From Octopus sinensis (lineage: Eukaryota), in contig NC_043005.1 of the NCBI RefSeq assembly GCF_006345805.1, positions 11,780,001-11,844,000 on the forward strand: 64,000 nt of DNA, read 5' to 3'. Both the position numbers and the translations under genes were made by a program. Shown piece after piece: positions 54,361 through 64,000 of this stretch; position 1 is the stretch's first letter; the number at the start of each line of letters is the position of its first letter. Under the pieces are notes generated by a model, which saw only the letters and a list, made by a program, of their open reading frames with translations, made no database searches and was not told the origin of the DNA.

Positions 54361-54972
54361 TTATGTATATTGTAACTCCCTTGATTTTGCTAGTTTTTGA
54401 AAACCATTGTTGCTCATGCTGCGCTCTGTCATAAACCACTCACCCTTCCAAAATTGGTAGGTTAGTCAGTCTAGTCACCGACAAACAGCTCATGTATCTT
54501 TTTGCAAGGTACAAGTAGCGCTCCCAAACGAAATGTTTAAATGTAGTTCAAATGTACAGAAAGCAAAAGACAGAGACAAGGGAGGCAACGACAAGCGTGT
54601 GTATTAGTTTCACGCACGGGAAAAAAAGGAAGAGATTTTGACGTGTCAGGCTTACCGTCTTCGACAGAAAGGGACGAGATGAAATAAACGGAGAGAAGGA
54701 AGACAACGTAGAGTGAAAAAGAAACTACGTAAAACAATTTCAGCACAGTATAAATAGAAGTATAACAAACCAGAGCACATACCCAAGGCATATAGAGCTG
54801 CGCTCGGTAGTTCAGTGAAAGCAAGTGATAAAACTAAGATTACTGAATAACATCAACAACAACAACAACAACAACAACAACTACAACAACAACAACAACA
54901 ATAATAATAATAATAATGATAATAATGCTAGCATAGAAAGAATACAAGAAAAGACATGGCAACAACAACAGC

Positions 54973-55029
<57 letters not shown>

Positions 55030-55427
55030 CAGTTGAGCATGCCCCTTAGTGGCTGACGATATGTGCATCTCTGATCACGAGCAGAAGTAGTGGGGGAGCA
55101 TCATAGCCATGTGTTGAGAGGGATTCTTTGGGGTTTGAATAGTTCACCTCTGGAAACATGGGTGGTTCTTTCAACATCCTTAAACAACCCTTATTCAAGG
55201 ACCGTTTGAGCGGGATGGGCTACTCAACCTGAAGAAAATTCTAACTGGGCCCCACTTGCAAGGTCATGTGCTGTTTATCTTGATATGAGATCACCATGTC
55301 GCGCACATATGGTTGTGATGCATGTGCCTGGTGTACCTTTATCAGACGGGTAGTCATGATGGGTATATTGGGCTTCGTATATTTTACCCCAGTGTCACTT
55401 TGATGGCATGAACTGCTCTCTCACTCA
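55030..55427 (+). mobile_element. (AAT)n-tailed non-coding element, 5'-truncated
   Basis: (AAT)n on both flanks. Confidence 0.85.
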
Positions 55428-55475
55428 ATAATAATAATAATAATTATAATAATGACAAGAATAATAATGATAATA

Positions 55476-55525
<50 letters not shown>

Positions 55526-55689
55526 GATGATGATGATGATGATGATGATGATGGCACAGAAAGAATTCAAGAAAAGACATAACAATCTAGGAAGAGTAAC
55601 TCACTGAGAGCTATGCAGAAAGCTAGGATTTCAACATTCTGATAAATGGTATGAACATGAACCTAGTAAAGTAATAGAAGTAAAAGATT

Positions 55690-56184
55690 TTGTGGGACTG
55701 TAACACTCAGACTGACAGAGAAATAATACTTAGAAGATCTGATTTGGTAGTAGTAGTAGTAGTAGTAGTAGTAGGAGTAGTAGCAGCAGTAGTAGCAGCA
55801 GCAGCAGCAGTAGTAGCAGCAGCAGTAGTAGTAGTAGCAGCAGCAGCAGCAGTAGTAGTAGTAGCAGTAGTAGTAGTAGTAGTAGTAGTAGATAAAGAAA
55901 ATAGAATGTGCCAGGAAATTGACTTTACAGTCCCAAATGATGAAAACATTAATATGAGAAGAATAGAAAAAATAGCAAAGCACCAGGACCTAGGTATTGA
56001 ATTACAGGGACAATGGAAAGTGCGGGTAAAATGTATCCCAGTAGTCATAGGTGCATTGGGAGCTATCCCTAAAGATCTGAACAGATGGATAGAGGAAATA
56101 GGCATCAAACCCAGTTTAGTACAGCTCCAGATAACAATGTTATTAGGGACAGTTAGGGTACGTAGGAGGGTTCTTGGCATCTAA
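55690..56184 (+). mobile_element. R4/Dong-type RLE fragment with in-frame (GTA/GCA)n expansion
   Basis: WDCNTQTDREI..RRSDL-V/A x48-DKENRMCQEIDFTVPND..IPVVIGALGAIPK..LLGTVRVRRRVLGI. Confidence 0.88.
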
Positions 56185-56309
56185 GATTACTTGTAGCTCA
56201 ATAGAAGGGTTCCTGGCATCTAAGATTACTTGTAGCCCAATGTTAGGATTTTTTTCTTTTCCAACAGTCTAATCTGTTGAGTGTATATGAAAATAATAAT
56301 AATGATAAA

Positions 56310-56842
56310 TGCCCTGATGCAGTGCCAGACACTGGATCTAATCGCTTCTGATCTTAATTGATTAGAAGTGTTATCATGTATATGTTTTGTCTTGATGTAA
56401 AACATGAGCTACAGCAAATATTGTGCTCAATACCACTGATTTGCTTGTTAGATGTTTGAGCTTAATCAGTTAAGCATGTCCCTTGGTGGTTGACGATATG
56501 TACATCTCTGATCACGAGTAGAAGTAGTAGGGAAGCATCATAGCCATGTATAGAGAGGAAGTCTTTGGGGTTTGACTAATTCTTCTCTGGAAACATAGGT
56601 GATTCGTTCAACATTCTTAAACAACCGTTATTCAGTGACCTTTTGAGTAGGACGTGAAGAAAATTCTAACTAGGCCCTACCTACAAGGTCATGCGATGTT
56701 TAACTTGATATGAGATCGCCATGTCACGTGCATATGGTTGTGATGCATGTTCCTTTATCAGACGGGTAAGCATGATGGGTATTCTGGACTTCGCATATTT
56801 TACCCCAGTGCCACTTTGATGGCATGCACTGCTCTCTCACTC
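56310..56842 (+). mobile_element. Longest, more diverged copy of the (AAT)n-tailed element
   Basis: Extends about 80 bp further 5' than the 28611 copy; AAT runs on both sides. Confidence 0.8.
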
Positions 56843-56864
56843 AATAATGATAATAATATTAATT

Positions 56865-57310
56865 CTTTCTGCTATAAGTCCAATCATTGAAATTTGGGAG
56901 GAGGGGATCTAATCGATTACATCGAACCCAGAGTTTAACTGGTTCTTAATTTACCGATTCTGAAAGGATGAAAGGCACAGTCGACCTCTGCGGAATTTGA
57001 ACTCAGAACGTAGTAACGGGCAAAATACCTATTTCTTTACTACCCACAAGGTGCTAAACACAGAGAGGACAAACATGGACAGACAAACGGATTAAGTCGA
57101 TTATATCGACCCCAGTAACTAGTACTTAATTTATCGACCCCGAAAGGATGAAAGGCAAAGTCGACCTCGGCGGAATTTGAACTCAGAACGTAGCGGCAGA
57201 CGAAATACCGCTAAGCATTTCGCCCGGCGTACTAACGTTTCTGCCAGGTCGCCGCCTTCAAACGGGCAAAATACCGTTAAGCATATTTCCCGGCTTGCTA
57301 ACTATTCTAC
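56865..57310 (-). mobile_element. Dimeric family N SINE plus partial extra head
   Basis: head-core-tailA-core-tailB on the minus strand. Confidence 0.88.
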
Positions 57311-57314
57311 CAGC

Positions 57315-58230
57315 AATAATACGTATGCATGGGTATATTTCTCAAAGAATAGTACTAATTTCAACACAAAGTGTGCATTTTCTTGGACGTATGATCCCCT
57401 CGTCACGTCACAGTTTGAAGGTTATGTGTTTGCAATCCAAGAGCAGGAGATTGCTATAAGATACGTAACGAAGGATATTGACAGTGATATTCTTGAAACC
57501 CCAAGATGCAGCCAAAAATATAGATTGTCATATTTTTGAGGCAGACATCACACATATGATCAGCAGCTGCCTATACCTGTCATCAAGGTACGGCTAATGC
57601 GTCATAACTTTGTTGCTAAAATGATATGCAATGTCATCCGAATAAATACACATCGTCTTAAAATAAATACACACCGAATATATAAACATCAGCACAAAGA
57701 ATATTGGTGAAACATTCTCATAAATGCTTCAGCTTAGTACAAACATAACAGGCTGAATATATTTGTTTGGGACAAACAAGAGCAAGGTTTACCGTCATAA
57801 AGTGTTGTTACTCTGCTTGTGTAAAATATATCTTCAAAGTCGAAAGAGGAATATGATAACAAAGGACAACAGCTGGATTTTCAGAAAAAGAAATCACCCA
57901 GCTAACACGAACATTACAAATATATTTTGAAAGACTTTTTCTCAAGTAGAAAATAATGACTTTGCTTTTGTAATCTTTATTCAAACGATGAAGCTTCATA
58001 ATATTGTTAGAAATTAGTTACTTCCATAGAAATAAATATAAATAAGAATGAACATAAAACATACATATTTGTACGCATTGGTGCACTCGGATATGTTATT
58101 AGATGTCTAAGCCACAAATTGGAGAATGCAGGAGTTTCAAGCAACAAAAAGAGACGGGTTAAAAGGAAATTTTCAGATGCAATCTGTAATTAGAACAATA
58201 AAAATATGCAAGACATTGCTGATAGCCGAT
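57315..58230 (+). mobile_element. Old R4/Dong-type LINE fragment
   Basis: TSQFEGYVFAIQEQEIAIRY; DITHMISSC..RHNFVAK; KEYW*NI..HNRLNIFVWDK; IGALGYV..QMQSVIRTIKICKTLL. Confidence 0.75.
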
Positions 58231-59554
58231 TTCGAACAACGGCGCTTTTATTTCTTTGTTAGAAACCAGGACCTACCGCTTGGGAAGAATACTAGTAAAT
58301 TAAAAAGTAGAAACCTACATACATGCATGAGAAAAAGAAGAAAACCTCCACGCTCAGTTAAGAAGAAATATGACCTTACTCTATACTGGCTATAATTTTA
58401 GATTCTTCTCCAATAGTTATTGGTCTTTCTGGCTTATATGAATTACTGGCACAGTACAGATCTTCAGGAGCTGAGTTACACATATATATATATTTTATAT
58501 ATATATTTATATTCTGAGTTATCAGAATATAACAGCAGCAAGATATTAAATCTTGTACTGTCGAATTATGTAAAGCATTAAAGAAGTTGAGAACGTAGGC
58601 CTACATATACTATGAAAGACATATGTATATGCAGAGACATGTATATACTCAGACATGTGTATGCATAAAAAAAATGCATGTGCATGTATATATACAAACA
58701 AAACTATCTATGTGAGCGTGTTTAATTTCCAGAAAAATCTTGCTTAGAAAACGGCACGTTCTCCATTGATTGAAAATTCGAAAAATTAAAGAACAGAAAG
58801 ATACATACACAAATGCATACATTTTTCTATGTATATACATAGAAAAATCCACATATATTTACATACGCACACATGAATATATACCAATATACAGTGGTTC
58901 CTGGGTGGATTTAGATATGCTTAATGTCAGTTGTATGTATTGGATGTGTAAGCGGTCAAGTGAATGAGCACTAGATAATAATTTATAGGAAAATGACAAG
59001 AGAACACAAGAAAATGAAGAACTATTGTCTCGTGGAACATTTGATTGCTTAGTTTGTGAGCACTCTCTAGTCCATAAATCTTCGTGAGGCAGAATGATAC
59101 ATGTCTTTACTGATAACATGCGAGCCAGGAACTCAGAACTTCATGCCTTTACCCTCTGTTTAGGACAGCGATCAACTTCTATGTCGCACAATAGATAATG
59201 CTATTATCATCATAAGATTATACAATGGTATATCATCTTATCAAGTTGGAGACATGAACCGGATAAGAGAAACAACAGTTAGACGCCAGAATATCGGAAA
59301 GTTTTTATAAGGTAACATAATCCAGTGCTATATTCTAGCACCGATTGATATAGAAAAGATATACAAATATAACACACGTCTAAGTGAAATTTAGCGATTT
59401 TGTGAGCATTCGGCTTTCGGAATCATACCGAGTAAAGAAGCAAAAGTGACTATGTTATTTTGTTATTTTCTACTGTTGTGTCATCTTGCTAAATATTAAG
59501 TCTGTCAGCTCATTTATTTGACAGATAAGACACACATCCATTTAATAGGTGATA

Positions 59555-59948
59555 GGAAGGATAGGAAGCACTCCGTCGGTTACGACGACGAGGGTTCCGG
59601 TTGATCCGAATCAACGGAACAGCCTGCTCGTGAAATTAACGTGTAACTGGCTGAGCACTCCACAGACACGTGTACCATTAACGTAGTTCTCGGGGATATT
59701 CAGCGTGACACAGAGAGTGACAAGGCCGGCCCTTTGAAATACAGGTACAACAAAAACAGGAAGTAAGAGTGAGAGAAAGTTGTGGTGAAAGAGTACAGCA
59801 GGGTTCACCACCATCCCCTGCCGGAGCCTCGTGAAGCTTTAGGTGTTTTCGCTCAATAAACACTCACAACGCCCGGTCTGGGAATCGAAACCGCGATCCT
59901 ATGACCGCGAGTCCGCTGCCCTAACCACTGGGCCATTGCGCCTCCACC
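59555..59948 (-). mobile_element. tRNA-derived SINE (head A, tail X) with 12-bp TSD
   Basis: taataggtgata at 59543-59554 and 59949-59960. Confidence 0.93.
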
Positions 59949-60315
59949 TAATAGGTGATATTATTCTGTCGGATACTCGTTGCTTATATCACACATAACA
60001 ATATCGACATACTACACTGTTCGTAGACAAACTGCATAAAATTTGACGGAACAATCACAGTGTATTTGCCGGTAGACTGCATATGGCATGGTGGAGATTA
60101 CTTTCTCAAAGCGTCGGGTGTTAAAACTCCTGATTGTCTTGGACAGGTGAGGTGATTCGTCCCAAATCCAATTGATGTCTCTGTGGCTTATCACCTTCAC
60201 TTACCCGAACCGAATCGAAGTTGAATACAACGCCATTAGGCGGCTTATGTGCATATAAGTGTGAAAAATATGTACTAGTATGCCTGGACAGTGCTTAAAT
60301 AAGAATAAATGCAAA

Positions 60316-60353
<38 letters not shown>

Positions 60354-60354
60354 G

Positions 60355-60640
60355 ATAAATCTCAGAGCGAGTTATAAACAGTAGCGGTAACACATCGTGA
60401 CGCATATTTGCCATTTGAATATGGCTAACTCCTAAGGGTGGATGCTACTGTAGTTTGTAGCCCCAGGAAGATATCTCATCCAGCTGGCTATAGACACACT
60501 ATCTGTGCCCTATCAGTATTTGTGAAGGGAAGTCATCCTTCCCGTCTTCAACTTATGATACACACGGACTCGAGTTTCAAGGTGTTTACCTATCATCAGC
60601 GTGTGACAATCACAATTGTCGGCGAGAATTCAGTTTTCCC
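60355..60640 (-). mobile_element. Penelope-LTR-like repeat between two (TA)n tracts
   Basis: Homologous to 14150-14380; contains a hammerhead. Confidence 0.65.
60561..60605 (-). ncRNA. Minimal type I hammerhead ribozyme
   Basis: Minus strand reads CACACG-CUGAUGA-U-AGGU-AAAC-ACCU-U-GAAAC-UCGA-GUC-CGUGUG. 6-bp stem I, full core, palindromic UCGA loop, GUC triplet; U.U mismatch at the base of stem II. Confidence 0.85.
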
Positions 60641-60671
60641 TCACAAATACAGACATATATAAATATGTATG

Positions 60672-60712
<41 letters not shown>

Positions 60713-60743
60713 TATATACAGACATATATAAATATGTATACAT

Positions 60744-60801
<58 letters not shown>

Positions 60802-60844
60802 TAAATATGTATGCATGTATTATTTTTCTTGTATTCTTTTATTC

Positions 60845-61143
<299 letters not shown>

Positions 61144-61614
61144 GTATATACATTTATATATATATATATATTATATTATATATATATATATATACATATA
61201 CATATACATATGCGTGTGTATGTATATATAAGAAAGTCATAATGGATTTAGTATGATACGTTAGAAAAAAACCTCAAGGTATCGTTCTAAAAAACATATC
61301 TAATACTTAGTACGATACTAGAGGAACATGGCCTTCTTTTAACTCCAAGAGCTAGCTTAACGTTTGCACCAATTTGAAGATTGTTTGTATCAATGCAGAA
61401 TGTAAATAATCTATTACTTAGTATAAAATATATAATAAATTAAATCATCTTTACATATTTCATTAAGTTGCTAAGCATTTGTCGTTAAATAAGAATTTCC
61501 AATGTTTAAATAAAGTAATTTAACATCTATATTTCTCTCTTTATCCATAGCAATATATATGTATATATATATACATACATAGATATATGTATGTATATTT
61601 GCTAGATTCTAGCA

Positions 61615-61665
61615 AAAACTGTCAGATGAACGGCAATACGAAACTCAGAGTAACAGGTTTTGTTG
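61615..61665 (+). ncRNA. Decayed hammerhead relic
   Basis: aaaactgt-CAGATGA-acggcaatac-GAAA-CTCAGAG-TA-acaggtttt; stem I pairs, core U4 mutated, stem II collapsed. Confidence 0.5.
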
Positions 61666-62865
61666 AATTTTCTGCTGCTTTAAATAAAGCATACATATAT
61701 ATATATACTACTAATATAGGATGAAGTTTTTTTACAGAAAAAATTCCATCAAAAAATGTGGCAGTATATTAAAATTCCTTTAAGGTTAATTTATAAACAA
61801 CTTATAAATAAGGGCTAAAGAAAATTATTTTCTTTAGCCCTTAAATATTAGTCGTTTATATATATATATATGCGCTTTTCTTCTACCACAGTATATTTTG
61901 CGTAAATCTGAAGAGTGCTCAGTAAATGCCTGCATATATTTTTGCAATTATTTGTCTATGTACTACTCTACGCAAAAGAATTGAAAATTGCTTTTCATCT
62001 CTCACAAGCCATTGAATATAGCAGAACAGAAACACCATAAACCAAATTCTCAGATCGAGCAGCACAACACATATATGAAATCATAAACAATCATATATAG
62101 AAGAAATGAGCCTGTAAAACTCAGAATAAATAGCACGAGATCACACCAAACGCAGAAAAGGAAGTTACTGTAACAAAATTAACACATGCAGAAAAAATCC
62201 AATATCTAAAACTGAGTTTGTAGAGCAGAGAATTGCTCACGATAAAAGAGGAGAAAAAAACTATATAAAACACTAGTCACATGCGAAAATATACTGGATC
62301 CATACACACATTAAGCAGAATAAAAACATCGTATAATAGATTAGGCAGTTGCAGTAATGAAGAAAACTCTAAGGAAAAGTAAAAATATTCGCAGTAATCG
62401 TAAAAAGTTGAATAAGACACGAATAAACGCAGATTTATGAGGAAATGATAACCAAATAAAACTGAACATTCGAAGATATTATTTCGATTGAAATAAAGCC
62501 TAACGTTAATACAATGACCTGATTTACACAGTAACCATGGCAATATGAAGCCAAAGTTTCAACTCAGGAATAGTCGCAAGAAAATCTATTTTGCACACTA
62601 TTACAAAAAAAGATAAAACACCTCATGTCGTTCCGTGAAAAGTAGAAAGAAGTGTGTTTAATTTTAACATTTCAATCGTTTCAAAATTGCATGGATCACA
62701 GTAATTATTTAATTATTATTAAGTGTCGAACCGCTAAGTTTCACTAATTCTTGTCATGAAATCAGTAAATCCTAACACAGGGATTGACAAGGAAATGAGT
62801 GCGGGTCTGGGCATGTGTATGTGCATATGTGTGTGTGTTTCAGTGTCCATGTATATATATAGTGA

Positions 62866-63185
62866 AGGTGCGTGGCTTAGAGGTTAGGGCATTCGGCTCA
62901 CGATTGTAAAGTCGTGAGTTCGATTCCCGGCGACGCGTTGTGTCCTTGAGCACGACACTTTATTTCACGTTGCTGCAGTCCACTCAGCTGGCAAAAATGT
63001 ATAGTACCTGTATTTCAAAGGGCCAGCCTTGTAACACTCTGTGTCACGCTGAATCTCCCTGAGAACTACGTTTGGGGTGCACGTGTCTGTGGATTGCTCA
63101 GTCGCTGGCACGTTAATTTCACGAGCAAGCTGTTCCGTCGATCGTATCAGCTGGGGCCCTCGTCGTCGTAACAGACGGAGTGCTC
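62866..63185 (+). mobile_element. CORE-type SINE with tail X
   Basis: Head and CORE like 51283; 3' half like 41909 and 59555. Confidence 0.88.
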
Positions 63186-63188
63186 CTT

Positions 63189-63265
<77 letters not shown>

Positions 63266-63729
63266 ATATATATATATATACATACATACATACACACATA
63301 TACACACACACACATATAACATTAGGCGAACGTATTCTCCTGTCTGTAATCTTATAAACTTATAAATTTGCCTATGTAGAAGTTTCATACATACACACCT
63401 TGTCTCTGGTTACGGACATGCTAGCCTATCACTTGAGATATCCTAGAAAGAGCCGTAGGACTTCAAGTTTATCCTAATTAAATTATTCTTTATGACATGA
63501 GATACTCATCCTGCCTTGGTTTTTATTGTCCTTTTCCTCTAATATAATATATACCTGCTAACACAGAAGCCTAAAACAGATCCGTAGCTCCAGCCTTAGC
63601 TGTGAACTTCAAACCTAACGGCTGACCAATTACAGCACATGCTCAGCGTACCTATATTTTTAGGTCACCAGTGAAATATTGTCTCTGAGGAGAATCATTC
63701 TCTTTTAGTGCCTTATTTAACACACTTAC

Positions 63730-63748
63730 CGGTCTGATTTCCACTCAT
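63730..63748 (-). CDS. Possible first coding segment (ATG AGT GGA AAT CAG ACC G | gtaagt; MSGNQT)
   Basis: Strong donor on the minus strand, ATG preceded by an in-frame stop; could be a UTR exon or chance. Confidence 0.2.
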
Positions 63749-64000
63749 TTACTTCTTTTTACTGAAATTTTCGTTGCCTCTGTCAACCTTTTCAATAGTC
63801 TTGATTCTGTCCCAACTTTTGAAAAGGTTGAAAGATGCAACGAAAATTTTAGTAAAAAAGATAAGTAAATAAGTGGAAACCAGACTGTGAGAGTGTGTTA
63901 AATTAATAAGAGACTCAAAGAGAATGACTCTCCGCAGACGCAGTACAATATGCTTCAACACACAAATTCACATAAAGAATCTTGCAAGCCAAAAAGAAAA

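Noticed and set aside
62000-62640. Second Penelope-like coding relic
   Set aside because: A-rich composition is suggestive but no motif could be read confidently

Overview
AT-rich, repeat-dominated animal genomic DNA, most likely a cephalopod (Octopus-like), inferred from its SINE families and very dense (TA)n/(CA)n/(TACA)n/(GATA)n/(AAT)n microsatellites. No complete protein-coding gene is supportable. Almost all ORFs in the track are microsatellite translations or decayed transposon pieces; a few short splice-bounded open segments could be exons of a large-intron host gene. Recognisable by translation: five R4/Dong-type RLE LINE fragments, RTE-BovB-like and RTE-1-like LINE fragments, a CR1-group RT relic, a Penelope-like GIY-YIG relic, and mariner, Tigger/pogo and Gypsy integrase relics. 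Recognisable by structure: a hAT element with an 8-bp TSD, a non-autonomous Helitron and many tRNA-derived SINEs. The most notable signal is two near-intact minimal type I hammerhead ribozymes (1721-1809 and 60561-60605, both minus strand) plus several decayed ones. These sit in Penelope-LTR-like repeats next to (TA)n tracts, and several such repeats end in fold-back palindromes. Also notable are same-polarity clusters of (AAT)n-associated retroelements and head/tail shuffling among SINEs. All family names are by-eye motif assignments; no database search was run, and many boundaries are approximate.
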